From contig NIVC01000654.1 of the NCBI GenBank assembly GCA_002269645.1, positions 1 to 63,548 of the forward strand: a DNA stretch of 63,548 nucleotides. The letters are read 5' to 3'. The translations under genes were made by a program, and so were the position numbers. This DNA is from Macrostomum lignano. Lineage: Eukaryota. The notes under the pieces were generated by a model, which was not told the origin of the DNA, made no database searches, and worked only from the letters and a program-made list of their open reading frames with translations. Positions 30,001 to 45,000 of this stretch are shown here, piece after piece (positions within the stretch are counted from its first letter, which is position 1; every line of letters starts with the position of its first letter).

Positions 30001-33000
30001 TTGATTTTCCTGGATTTCCCTTATTTAAATACATAGAAATTTTCCGGAATCTCCGCCTTCGAATATCTGGAAAGCAGATTAAGCTAGAGACACGATTCTT
30101 TCTGGGAAGACAGGGACTGACACGCTCTAATGATCTGTAGAATCTCATATCTGAGTCTTCTAATACAGCTTGGCAATTGCTGATTGATTTTCGCGAATTT
30201 CACCATTTAATGCATTGCAATTTTCTGGAATCGCCTTCGAATATCTGGAAAGCAGATTAAGCTAGAGACACGATTCTTTCTGGGGAAGACAGGGACTGAC
30301 ACGCTCTAATGATCTGTAGAATCTCATATCTGAGTCTTCTAATACAGCTTGGCAATTGCTGATTGATTTTCCGGATTTCCCATTTAAATGCATAGAATTT
30401 TCCGGAATCTCCGCCTTCGAATATCTGGAAAGCAGATTAAGCTAGAGACACGATTCTTTCTGGGAAGACAGGGACTGACACGCTCTAATGATCTGTAGAA
30501 TCTCATATCTGAGTCTTCTAATACAGCTTGGCAATTGCTGATTGATTTTCGCGATTTCCCATTTAAATGCATTGAATTTTCTGGAATCGCCTTCGAATAT
30601 ATCTGGAAAGCAGATTAAGCTAGAGACACGATTCTTTCTGGGAAGACAGGGACTGACACGCTCTAATGATCTGTAGAATCTCATATCTGAGTCTTCTAAT
30701 ACAGCTTGGCAATTGCTGATTGATTTTCCGAATTTCCCATTTAAATGCATTGAATTTTCTGGAATCGCCTTCGAATATCTGGAAAGCAGATTAAGCTAGA
30801 GACACGATTCTTTCTGGGAAGACAGGGACTGACACGCTCTAATGATCTGTAGAATCTCATATCTGAGTCTTCTAATACAGCTTGGCAATTGCTGATTGAT
30901 TTTCGCGAATTTCACCATTTAAATGCATTGCAATTTTCTGGAATCGCCTTTTTGAATGAATATCTGGAAAGCAGATTAAGCTAGAGACACGATTCTTTCT
31001 GGGGAAGACAGGGACTGACACGCTCTAATGATCTGTAGAATCTCATATCTGAGTCTTCTAATACAGCTTGGCAATTGCTGATTGATTTTCCTGGATTTCC
31101 CTTATTTAAATACATTGAAATTTTCTGGAATCGCCTTCGAATATCTGGAAAGCAGATTAAGCTAGAGACACGATTCTTTCTGGGAAGACAGGGACTGACA
31201 CGCTCTAATGATCTGTAGAATCTCATATCTGAGTCTTCTAATACAGCTTGGCAATTGCTGATTGATTTTCCGATTTCCCATTTAAATACATTGAAATTTT
31301 CCGGAATCGCCTTCGAATATCTGGAAAGCAGATTAAGCTAGAGACACGATTCTTTCTGGGGAAGACAGGGACTGACACGCTCTAATGATCTGTAGAATCT
31401 CATATCTGAGTCTTCTAATACAGCTTGGCAATTGCTGATTGATTTTCGCGAATTTCCCATTTAAATGCATTGCAATTTTCTGGAATCGCCTTGAATGAAT
31501 ATCTGGAAAGCAGATTAAGCTAGAGACACGATTCTTTCTGGGGAAGACAGGGACTGACACGCTCTAATGATCTGTAGAATCTCATATCTGAGTCTTCTAA
31601 TACAGCTTGGCAATTGCTGATTGATTTTCGCGAATTTCACCATTTAAATGCATTGCAATTTTCTGGAATCGCCTTTTTGAATGAATATCTGGAAAGCAGA
31701 TTAAGCTAGAGACACGATTCTTTCTGGGGAAGACAGGGACTGACACGCTCTAATGATCTGTAGAATCTCATATCTGAGTCTTCTAATACAGCTTGGCAAT
31801 TGCTGATTGATTTTCCTGGATTTCCCTTATTTAAATACATTGAATTTTCCGGAATCGCCTTCGAATATCTGGAAAGCAGATTAAGCTAGAGACACGATTC
31901 TTTCTGGGGAAGACAGGGACTGACACGCTCTAATGATCTGTAGAATCTCATATCTGAGTCTTCTAATACAGCTTGGCAATTGCTGATTGATTTTCGCGAA
32001 TTTCCCATTTAAATGCATTGCAATTTTCTGGAATCGCCTTCGAATATATCTGGAAAGCAGATTAAGCTAGAGACACGATTCTTTCTGGGGAAGACAGGGA
32101 CTGACACGCTCTAATGATCTGTAGAATCTCATATCTGAGTCTTCTAATACAGCTTGGCAATTGCTGATTGATTTTTTCCATTTAAATACATTGGAATTTT
32201 CTCGCCTTCGAATATCTGGAAAGCAGATTAAGCTAGAGACACGATTCTTTCTGGGGAAGACAGGGACTGACACGCTCTAATGATCTGTAGAATCTCATAT
32301 CTGAGTCTTCTAATACAGCTTGGCAATTGCTGATTGATTTTCGCGAATTTCACCATTTAAATGCATTGCAATTTTCTGGAATCGCCTTTTGAATGAATAT
32401 CTGGAAAGCAGATTAAGCTAGAGACACGATTCTTTCTGGGGAAGACAGGGACTGACACGCTCTAATGATCTGTAGAATCTCATATCTGAGTCTTCTAATA
32501 CAGCTTGGCAATTGCTGATTGATTTTCCTGGATTTCCCTTATTTAAATACATAGAAATTTTCCGGAATCTCCCTTCGAATATCTGGAAAGCAGATTAAGC
32601 TAGAGACACGATTCTTTCTGGGGAAGACAGGGACTGACACGCTCTAATGATCTGTAGAATCTCATATCTGAGTCTTCTAATACAGCTTGGCAATTGCTGA
32701 TTGATTTTCCGATTTCCCTTATTTAAATGCATTGAATTTTCCGGAATCGCCTTCGAATATCTGGAAAGCAGATTAAGCTAGAGACACGATTCTTTCTGGG
32801 GAAGACAGGGACTGACACGCTCTAATGATCTGTAGAATCTCATATCTGAGTCTTCTAATACAGCTTGGCAATTGCTGATTGATTTTCGCGATTTCCCATT
32901 TAAATACATTGAATTTTCCGGAATCGCCTTGAATGAATATCTGGAAAGCAGATTAAGCTAGAGACACGATTCTTTCTGGGAAGACAGGGACTGACACGCT

Positions 33001-36000
33001 CTAATGATCTGTAGAATCTCATATCTGAGTCTTCTAATACAGCTTGGCAATTGCTGATTGATTTTCGCGAATTTCACCATTTAAATGCATTGCAATTTTC
33101 TGGAATCGCCTTGAATGAATATCTGGAAAGCAGATTAAGCTAGAGACACGATTCTTTCTGGGAAGACAGGGACTGACACGCTCTAATGATCTGTAGAATC
33201 TCATATCTGAGTCTTCTAATACAGCTTGGCAATTGCTGATTGATTTTCCTGGATTTCCCTTATTTAAATACATTGAAATTTTCTGGAATCTCCGCCTTCG
33301 AATATCTGGAAAGCAGATTAAGCTAGAGACACGATTCTTTCTGGGAAGACAGGGACTGACACGCTCTAATGATCTGTAGAATCTCATATCTGAGTCTTCT
33401 AATACAGCTTGGCAATTGCTGATTGATTTTCGCGAATTTCACCATTTAAATGCATTGCAATTTTCTGGAATCGCCTTTTTGAATGAATATCTGGAAAGCA
33501 GATTAAGCTAGAGACACGATTCTTTCTGGGAAGACAGGGACTGACACGCTCTAATGATCTGTAGAATCTCATATCTGAGTCTTCTAATACAGCTTGGCAA
33601 TTGCTGATTGATTTTCCGGATTTCCCATTTAAATACATTGAATTTTCTGGAATCTCCTTCGAATATCTGGAAAGCAGATTAAGCTAGAGACACGATTCTT
33701 TCTGGGAAGACAGGGACTGACACGCTCTAATGATCTGTAGAATCTCATATCTGAGTCTTCTAATACAGCTTGGCAATTGCTGATTGATTTTCGCGATTTC
33801 CCATTTAAATGCATTGCAATTTTCTGGAATCGCCTTCGAATGAATATCTGGAAAGCAGATTAAGCTAGAGACACGATTCTTTCTGGGAAGACAGGGACTG
33901 ACACGCTCTAATGATCTGTAGAATCTCATATCTGAGTCTTCTAATACAGCTTGGCAATTGCTGATTGATTTTCCTGGATTTCCCATTTAAATACATAATT
34001 TTCCGGAATCGCCTTCGAATATCTGGAAAGCAGATTAAGCTAGAGACACGATTCTTTCTGGGAAGACAGGGACTGACACGCTCTAATGATCTGTAGAATC
34101 TCATATCTGAGTCTTCTAATACAGCTTGGCAATTGCTGATTGATTTTCGCGAATTTCACCATTTAATGCATTGCAATTTTCTGGAATCGCCTTTTGAATG
34201 AATATCTGGAAAGCAGATTAAGCTAGAGACACGATTCTTTCTGGGAAGACAGGGACTGACACGCTCTAATGATCTGTAGAATCTCATATCTGAGTCTTCT
34301 AATACAGCTTGGCAATTGCTGATTGATTTTCCTGATTTCCCATTTAAATACAATTTTCCGGAATCTCCGCCTTCGAATATCTGGAAAGCAGATTAAGCTA
34401 GAGACACGATTCTTTCTGGGGAAGACAGGGACTGACACGCTCTAATGATCTGTAGAATCTCATATCTGAGTCTTCTAATACAGCTTGGCAATTGCTGATT
34501 GATTTTCCTGGATTTCCCTTATTTAAATACATAGAAATTTTCCGGAATCTCCGCCTTCGAATATCTGGAAAGCAGATTAAGCTAGAGACACGATTCTTTC
34601 TGGGAAGACAGGGACTGACACGCTCTAATGATCTGTAGAATCTCATATCTGAGTCTTCTAATACAGCTTGGCAATTGCTGATTGATTTTCGCGAATTTCA
34701 CCATTTAAATGCATTGCAATTTTCTGGAATCGCCTTCGAATGAATATCTGGAAAGCAGATTAAGCTAGAGACACGATTCTTTCTGGGAAGACAGGGACTG
34801 ACACGCTCTAATGATCTGTAGAATCTCATATCTGAGTCTTCTAATACAGCTTGGCAATTGCTGATTGATTTTCGCGATTTCCCATTTAAATGCATTGCAA
34901 TTTTCTGGAATCGCCTTCGAATGAATATCTGGAAAGCAGATTAAGCTAGAGACACGATTCTTTCTGGGAAGACAGGGACTGACACGCTCTAATGATCTGT
35001 AGAATCTCATATCTGAGTCTTCTAATACAGCTTGGCAATTGCTGATTGATTTTCCTGGATTTCCCATTTAAATGCATTGCAATTTTCCGGAATCTCCGCC
35101 TTCGAATATCTGGAAAGCAGATTAAGCTAGAGACACGATTCTTTCTGGGAAGACAGGGACTGACACGCTCTAATGATCTGTAGAATCTCATATCTGAGTC
35201 TTCTAATACAGCTTGGCAATTGCTGATTGATTTTCGCGAATTTCACCATTTAAATGCATTGCAATTTTCTGGAATCGCCTTTTTGAATGAATATCTGGAA
35301 AGCAGATTAAGCTAGAGACACGATTCTTTCTGGGAAGACAGGGACTGACACGCTCTAATGATCTGTAGAATCTCATATCTGAGTCTTCTAATACAGCTTG
35401 GCAATTGCTGATTGATTTTCGCGAATTTCACCATTTGCATTGCAATTTTCTGGAATCGCCATTTTTGAATGAATATCTGGAAAGCAGATTAAGCTAGAGA
35501 CACGATTCTTTCTGGGAAGACAGGGACTGACACGCTCTAATGATCTGTAGAATCTCATATCTGAGTCTTCTAATACAGCTTGGCAATTGCTGATTGATTT
35601 TCGCGATTTCCCATTTAAATGCATTGAATTTTCCGGAATCGCCTTCGAATATCTGGAAAGCAGATTAAGCTAGAGACACGATTCTTTCTGGGGAAGACAG
35701 GGACTGACACGCTCTAATGATCTGTAGAATCTCATATCTGAGTCTTCTAATACAGCTTGGCAATTGCTGATTGATTTTCGCGAATTTCCCATTTAAATGC
35801 ATTGCAATTTTCTGGAATCGCCTTCGAATAATCTGGAAAGCAGATTAAGCTAGAGACACGATTCTTTCTGGGGAAGACAGGGACTGACACGCTCTAATGA
35901 TCTGTAGAATCTCATATCTGAGTCTTCTAATACAGCTTGGCAATTGCTGATTGATTTTCCGATTTCCCTTATTTAAATACATTGCAATTTTCTGGAATCT

Positions 36001-39000
36001 CCGCCTTCGAATATCTGGAAAGCAGATTAAGCTAGAGACACGATTCTTTCTGGGAAGACAGGGACTGACACGCTCTAATGATCTGTAGAATCTCATATCT
36101 GAGTCTTCTAATACAGCTTGGCAATTGCTGATTGATTTTCGCGAATTTCACCATTTAATGCATTGCAATTTTCTGGAATCGCCTTTTTGAATGAATATCT
36201 GGAAAGCAGATTAAGCTAGAGACACGATTCTTTCTGGGAAGACAGGGACTGACACGCTCTAATGATCTGTAGAATCTCATATCTGAGTCTTCTAATACAG
36301 CTTGGCAATTGCTGATTGATTTTCCGATTTCCCATTTAAATACATTGAAATTTTCCGGAATCTCCGCCTTCGAATATCTGGAAAGCAGATTAAGCTAGAG
36401 ACACGATTCTTTCTGGGAAGACAGGGACTGACACGCTCTAATGATCTGTAGAATCTCATATCTGAGTCTTCTAATACAGCTTGGCAATTGCTGATTGATT
36501 TTCGCGATTTCCCATTTAAATGCATTGCAATTTTCTGGAATCGCCTTCGAATGAATATCTGGAAAGCAGATTAAGCTAGAGACACGATTCTTTCTGGGAA
36601 GACAGGGACTGACACGCTCTAATGATCTGTAGAATCTCATATCTGAGTCTTCTAATACAGCTTGGCAATTGCTGATTGATTTTCCTGATTTCCCATTTAA
36701 ATACATAGAATTTTCTGGAATCTCCGCCTTCGAATATATCTGGAAAGCAGATTAAGCTAGAGACACGATTCTTTCTGGGAAGACAGGGACTGACACGCTC
36801 TAATGATCTGTAGAATCTCATATCTGAGTCTTCTAATACAGCTTGGCAATTGCTGATTGATTTTCCGATTTCCCTTATTTAATACATAGAATTTTCCGGA
36901 ATCGCCTTCGAATATCTGGAAAGCAGATTAAGCTAGAGACACGATTCTTTCTGGGAAGACAGGGACTGACACGCTCTAATGATCTGTAGAATCTCATATC
37001 TGAGTCTTCTAATACAGCTTGGCAATTGCTGATTGATTTTCCGATTTCCCATTTAAATGCATAGAATTTTCTGGAATCTCCGCCTTCGAATGAATCTGGA
37101 AAGCAGATTAAGCTAGAGACACGATTCTTTCTGGGGAAGACAGGGACTGACACGCTCTAATGATCTGTAGAATCTCATATCTGAGTCTTCTAATACAGCT
37201 TGGCAATTGCTGATTGATTTTCGCGATTTCACCATTTAAATGCATTGCAATTTTCTGGAATCGCCTTTTTGAATGAATATCTGGAAAGCAGATTAAGCTA
37301 GAGACACGATTCTTTCTGGGGAAGACAGGGACTGACACGCTCTAATGATCTGTAGAATCTCATATCTGAGTCTTCTAATACAGCTTGGCAATTGCTGATT
37401 GATTTTCGCGATTTCCCATTTAAATGCATTGCAATTTTCTGGAATCGCCTTTTTGAATGAATATCTGGAAAGCAGATTAAGCTAGAGACACGATTCTTTC
37501 TGGGAAGACAGGGACTGACACGCTCTAATGATCTGTAGAATCTCATATCTGAGTCTTCTAATACAGCTTGGCAATTGCTGATTGATTTTCCTGATTTCCC
37601 ATTTAAATGCATTGAAATTTTCCGGAATCGCCTTCGAATATCTGGAAAGCAGATTAAGCTAGAGACACGATTCTTTCTGGGAAGACAGGGACTGACACGC
37701 TCTAATGATCTGTAGAATCTCATATCTGAGTCTTCTAATACAGCTTGGCAATTGCTGATTGATTTTCGCGAATTTCCCATTTAAATGCATTGCAATTTTC
37801 TGGAATCGCCTTCGAATGAATATCTGGAAAGCAGATTAAGCTAGAGACACGATTCTTTCTGGGAAGACAGGGACTGACACGCTCTAATGATCTGTAGAAT
37901 CTCATATCTGAGTCTTCTAATACAGCTTGGCAATTGCTGATTGATTTTCGCGATTTCACCATTTAAATGCATTGCAATTTTCTGGAATCGCCTTGAATAA
38001 TATCTGGAAAGCAGATTAAGCTAGAGACACGATTCTTTCTGGGAAGACAGGGACTGACACGCTCTAATGATCTGTAGAATCTCATATCTGAGTCTTCTAA
38101 TACAGCTTGGCAATTGCTGATTGATTTTCCTGATTTCCCATTTAAATACATAATTTTCCGGAATCTCGCCTTCGAATATCTGGAAAGCAGATTAAGCTAG
38201 AGACACGATTCTTTCTGGGAAGACAGGGACTGACACGCTCTAATGATCTGTAGAATCTCATATCTGAGTCTTCTAATACAGCTTGGCAATTGCTGATTGA
38301 TTTTCGCGATTTCCCATTTAAATGCATTGCAATTTTCTGGAATCGCCTTCGAATGATATCTGGAAAGCAGATTAAGCTAGAGACACGATTCTTTCTGGGA
38401 AGACAGGGACTGACACGCTCTAATGATCTGTAGAATCTCATATCTGAGTCTTCTAATACAGCTTGGCAATTGCTGATTGATTTTCGCGATTTCCCATTTA
38501 AATGCATTGCAATTTTCTGGAATCGCCTTTTTGAATGAATATCTGGAAAGCAGATTAAGCTAGAGACACGATTCTTTCTGGGAAGACAGGGACTGACACG
38601 CTCTAATGATCTGTAGAATCTCATATCTGAGTCTTCTAATACAGCTTGGCAATTGCTGATTGATTTTCCGATTTCCCATTTAAATACATTGAATTTTCCG
38701 GAATCGCCTTCGAATAATCTGGAAAGCAGATTAAGCTAGAGACACGATTCTTTCTGGGAAGACAGGGACTGACACGCTCTAATGATCTGTAGAATCTCAT
38801 ATCTGAGTCTTCTAATACAGCTTGGCAATTGCTGATTGATTTTCGCGAATTTCCCATTTAAATGCATTGCAATTTTCTGGAATCGCCTTTTTGAATGAAT
38901 ATCTGGAAAGCAGATTAAGCTAGAGACACGATTCTTTCTGGGAAGACAGGGACTGACACGCTCTAATGATCTGTAGAATCTCATATCTGAGTCTTCTAAT

Positions 39001-42000
39001 ACAGCTTGGCAATTGCTGATTGATTTTCCGATTTCCCATTTAAATGCATTGAATTTTCGGAATCGCCTTCGAATATCTGGAAAGCAGATTAAGCTAGAGA
39101 CACGATTCTTTCTGGGGAAGACAGGGACTGACACGCTCTAATGATCTGTAGAATCTCATATCTGAGTCTTCTAATACAGCTTGGCAATTGCTGATTGATT
39201 TTCGCGAATTTCCCATTTAAATGCATTGAATTTTCTGGAATCGCCTTCGAATATCTGGAAAGCAGATTAAGCTAGAGACACGATTCTTTCTGGGAAGACA
39301 GGGACTGACACGCTCTAATGATCTGTAGAATCTCATATCTGAGTCTTCTAATACAGCTTGGCAATTGCTGATTGATTTTCGCGGATTTCCCATTTAAATG
39401 CATTGCAATTTTCTGGAATCGCCTTCGAATATCTGGAAAGCAGATTAAGCTAGAGACACGATTCTTTCTGGGAAGACAGGGACTGACACGCTCTAATGAT
39501 CTGTAGAATCTCATATCTGAGTCTTCTAATACAGCTTGGCAATTGCTGATTGATTTTCGCGAATTTCCCATTTAAATGCATTGCAATTTTCTGGAATCGC
39601 CTTGAATATCTGGAAAGCAGATTAAGCTAGAGACACGATTCTTTCTGGGGAAGACAGGGACTGACACGCTCTAATGATCTGTAGAATCTCATATCTGAGT
39701 CTTCTAATACAGCTTGGCAATTGCTGATTGATTTTCGCGATTTCCCATTTAAATACATTGAATTTTCTGGAATCGCCTTTTGAATGAATATCTGGAAAGC
39801 AGATTAAGCTAGAGACACGATTCTTTCTGGGAAGACAGGGACTGACACGCTCTAATGATCTGTAGAATCTCATATCTGAGTCTTCTAATACAGCTTGGCA
39901 ATTGCTGATTGATTTTCGCGATTTCCCATTTAAATGCATTGCAATTTTCTGGAATCGCCTTGAATATCTGGAAAGCAGATTAAGCTAGAGACACGATTCT
40001 TTCTGGGAAGACAGGGACTGACACGCTCTAATGATCTGTAGAATCTCATATCTGAGTCTTCTAATACAGCTTGGCAATTGCTGATTGATTTTCCGATTTC
40101 CCATTTAAATGCATTGAATTTTCTGGAATCGCCTTCGAATGAATATCTGGAAAGCAGATTAAGCTAGAGACACGATTCTTTCTGGGAAGACAGGGACTGA
40201 CACGCTCTAATGATCTGTAGAATCTCATATCTGAGTCTTCTAATACAGCTTGGCAATTGCTGATTGATTTTCGCGATTTCCCATTTAAATGCATTGAAAT
40301 TTTCTGGAATCGCCTTTTTGAATGAATATCTGGAAAGCAGATTAAGCTAGAGACACGATTCTTTCTGGGAAGACAGGGACTGACACGCTCTAATGATCTG
40401 TAGAATCTCATATCTGAGTCTTCTAATACAGCTTGGCAATTGCTGATTGATTTTCCGATTTCCCATTTAAATACATTGAATTTTCCGGAATCTCCGCCTT
40501 CGAATATCTGGAAAGCAGATTAAGCTAGAGACACGATTCTTTCTGGGGAAGACAGGGACTGACACGCTCTAATGATCTGTAGAATCTCATATCTGAGTCT
40601 TCTAATACAGCTTGGCAATTGCTGATTGATTTTCGCGAATTTCACCATTTAAATGCATTGCAATTTTCTGGAATCGCCTTTTTGAATGAATATCTGGAAA
40701 GCAGATTAAGCTAGAGACACGATTCTTTCTGGGAAGACAGGGACTGACACGCTCTAATGATCTGTAGAATCTCATATCTGAGTCTTCTAATACAGCTTGG
40801 CAATTGCTGATTGATTTTCCGGAATTTCACCATTTAAATGCATTGCAATTTTCTGGAATCGCCTTCGAATGATATCTGGAAAGCAGATTAAGCTAGAGAC
40901 ACGATTCTTTCTGGGAAGACAGGGACTGACACGCTCTAATGATCTGTAGAATCTCATATCTGAGTCTTCTAATACAGCTTGGCAATTGCTGATTGATTTT
41001 CCTGGATTTCCCTTATTTAAATACATTGCAATTTTCCGGAATCTCCGCCTTCGAATATCTGGAAAGCAGATTAAGCTAGAGACACGATTCTTTCTGGGGA
41101 AGACAGGGACTGACACGCTCTAATGATCTGTAGAATCTCATATCTGAGTCTTCTAATACAGCTTGGCAATTGCTGATTGATTTTCGCGATTTCCCATTTA
41201 ATACATTGCAATTTTCTGGAATCGCCTTTTGAATGAATATCTGGAAAGCAGATTAAGCTAGAGACACGATTCTTTCTGGGAAGACAGGGACTGACACGCT
41301 CTAATGATCTGTAGAATCTCATATCTGAGTCTTCTAATACAGCTTGGCAATTGCTGATTGATTTTCCTGGATTTCCCTTATTTAAATACATTGAAATTTT
41401 CCGGAATCGCCTTCGAATATCTGGAAAGCAGATTAAGCTAGAGACACGATTCTTTCTGGGAAGACAGGGACTGACACGCTCTAATGATCTGTAGAATCTC
41501 ATATCTGAGTCTTCTAATACAGCTTGGCAATTGCTGATTGATTTTCCGGATTTCACCATTTAAATGCATTGCAATTTTCTGGAATCGCCTTCGAATATCT
41601 GGAAAGCAGATTAAGCTAGAGACACGATTCTTTCTGGGAAGACAGGGACTGACACGCTCTAATGATCTGTAGAATCTCATATCTGAGTCTTCTAATACAA
41701 CTTGGCAATTGCTGATTGATTTTCGCGAATTTCACCATTTAAATGCATTGCAATTTTCTGGAATCGCCTTTTTGAATGAATATCTGGAAAGCAGATTAAG
41801 CTAGAGACACGATTCTTTCTGGGAAGACAGGGACTGACACGCTCTAATGATCTGTAGAATCTCATATCTGAGTCTTCTAATACAGCTTGGCAATTGCTGA
41901 TTGATTTTCCGAATTTCCCATTTAAATGCATTGAATTTTCTGGAATCGCCTTCGAATATCTGGAAAGCAGATTAAGCTAGAGACACGATTCTTTCTGGGA

Positions 42001-45000
42001 AGACAGGGACTGACACGCTCTAATGATCTGTAGAATCTCATATCTGAGTCTTCTAATACAGCTTGGCAATTGCTGATTGATTTTCCTGGATTTCCCATTT
42101 AAATGCATTGAATTTTCTGGAATCGCCTTCGAATAATCTGGAAAGCAGATTAAGCTAGAGACACGATTCTTTCTGGGAAGACAGGGACTGACACGCTCTA
42201 ATGATCTGTAGAATCTCATATCTGAGTCTTCTAATACAGCTTGGCAATTGCTGATTGATTTTCCGGATTTCCCATTTAAATGCATTGAATTTTCTGGAAT
42301 CGCCTTCGAATATCTGGAAAGCAGATTAAGCTAGAGACACGATTCTTTCTGGGAAGACAGGGACTGACACGCTCTAATGATCTGTAGAATCTCATATCTG
42401 AGTCTTCTAATACAGCTTGGCAATTGCTGATTGATTTTCCTGGATTTCCCATTTAAATACATTGAAATTTTCTGGAATCGCCTTCGAATATCTGGAAAGC
42501 AGATTAAGCTAGAGACACGATTCTTTCTGGGAAGACAGGGACTGACACGCTCTAATGATCTGTAGAATCTCATATCTGAGTCTTCTAATACAGCTTGGCA
42601 ATTGCTGATTGATTTTCGCGAATTTCACCATTTGAATGCATTGCAATTTTCTGGAATCGCCATTTTTGAATGAATATCTGGAAAGCAGATTAAGCTAGAG
42701 ACACGATTCTTTCTGGAAAGACAGGGACTGACACGCTCTAATGATCTGTAGAATCTCATATTTGAGTCTTCTAATACAGCTTGGCAATTGCTGATTGATT
42801 TTCCTGGATTTCCCATTATTTAAATTTTCCGGAATCTCCGCCTTCGAATATCTGGAAAGCAGATTAAGCTAGAGACACGATTCTTTCTGGGAAGACAGGG
42901 ACTGACACGCTCTAATGATCTGTAGAATCTCATATCTGAGTCTTCTAATACAGCTTGGCAATTGCTGATTGATTTTCGCGAATTTCACCATTTGAATGCA
43001 TTGCAATTTTCTGGAATCGCCATTTTTGAATGAATATCTGGAAAGCAGATTAAGCTAGAGACACGATTCTTTCTGGAAAGACAGGGACTGACACGCTCTA
43101 ATGATCTGTAGAATCTCATATTTGAGTCTTCTAATACAGCTTGGCAATTGCTGATTGATTTTCCTGGATTTCCCTTATTTAAATACATAGAATTTTCCGG
43201 AATCTCCGCCTTCGAATATCTGGAAAGCAGATTAAGCTAGAGACACGATTCTTTCTGGGAAGACAGGGACTGACACGCTCTAATGATCTGTAGAATCTCA
43301 TATCTGAGTCTTCTAATACAACTTGGCAATTGCTGATTGATTTTCGCGAATTTCACCATTTAAATGCATTGCAATTTTCTGGAATCGCCATTTTTGAATG
43401 AATATCTGGAAAGCAGATTAAGCTAGAGACACGATTCTTTCTGGGAAGACAGGGACTGACACGCTCTAATGATCTGTAGAATCTCATATTGAGTCTTCTA
43501 ATACAGCTTGGCAATTGCTGATTGATTTTCCTGATTTCCCTTATTTAAATACATAGAAATTTTCCGGAATCTCCGCCTTCGAATATCTGGAAAGCAGATT
43601 AAGCTAGAGACACGATTCTTTCTGGGAAGACAGGGACTGACACGCTCTAATGATCTGTAGAATCTCATATCTGAGTCTTCTAATACAGCTTGGCAATTGC
43701 TGATTGATTTTCGCGAATTTCACCATTTGAATGCATTGCAATTTTCTGGAATCGCCATTTTTGAATGAATATCTGGAAAGCAGATTAAGCTAGAGACACG
43801 ATTCTTTCTGGAAAGACAGGGACTGACACGCTCTAATGATCTGTAGAATCTCATATTTGAGTCTTCTAATACAGCTTGGCAATTGCTGATTGATTTTCCT
43901 GATTTCCCTTATTTAAATACATAGAAATTTTCCGGAATCTCCGCCTTCGAATATCTGGAAAGCAGATTAAGCTAGAGACACGATTCTTTCTGGGAAGACA
44001 GGGACTGACACGCTCTAATGATCTGTAGAATCTCATATCTGAGTCTTCTAATACAGCTTGGCAATTGCTGATTGATTTTCCTGGATTTCCCTTATTTAAA
44101 TACATAGAAATTTTCCGGAATCTCCGCCTTCGAATATCTGGAAAGCAGATTAAGCTAGAGACACGATTCTTTCTGGGGAAGACAGGGACTGACACGCTCT
44201 AATGATCTGTAGAATCTCATATCTGAGTCTTCTAATACAGCTTGGCAATTGCTGATTGATTTTCGCGAATTTCACCATTTAAATGCATTGCAATTTTCTG
44301 GAATCGCCTTTTTGAATGAATATCTGGAAAGCAGATTAAGCTAGAGACACGATTCTTTCTGGGGAAGACAGGGACTGACACGCTCTAATGATCTGTAGAA
44401 TCTCATATCTGAGTCTTCTAATACAGCTTGGCAATTGCTGATTGATTTTCCTGGATTTCCCTTATTTAAATACATAGAAATTTTCCGGAATCTCCGCCTT
44501 CGAATATCTGGAAAGCAGATTAAGCTAGAGACACGATTCTTTCTGGGGAAGACAGGGACTGACACGCTCTAATGATCTGTAGAATCTCATATCTGAGTCT
44601 TCTAATACAGCTTGGCAATTGCTGATTGATTTTCGCGAATTTCACCATTTGAATGCATTGCAATTTTCTGGAATCGCCATTTTTGAATGAATATCTGGAA
44701 AGCAGATTAAGCTAGAGACACGATTCTTTCTGGGGAAGACAGGGACTGACACGCTCTAATGATCTGTAGAATCTCATATCTGAGTCTTCTAATACAGCTT
44801 GGCAATTGCTGATTGATTTTCGCGATTTCACCATTTGAATGCATTGCAATTTTCTGGAATCGCCATTTTTGAATGAATATCTGGAAGCAGATTAAGCTAG
44901 AGACACGATTCTTTCTGGGAAGACAGGGACTGACACGCTCTAATGATCTGTAGAATCTCATATCTGAGTCTTCTAATACAGCTTGGCAATTGCTGATTGA

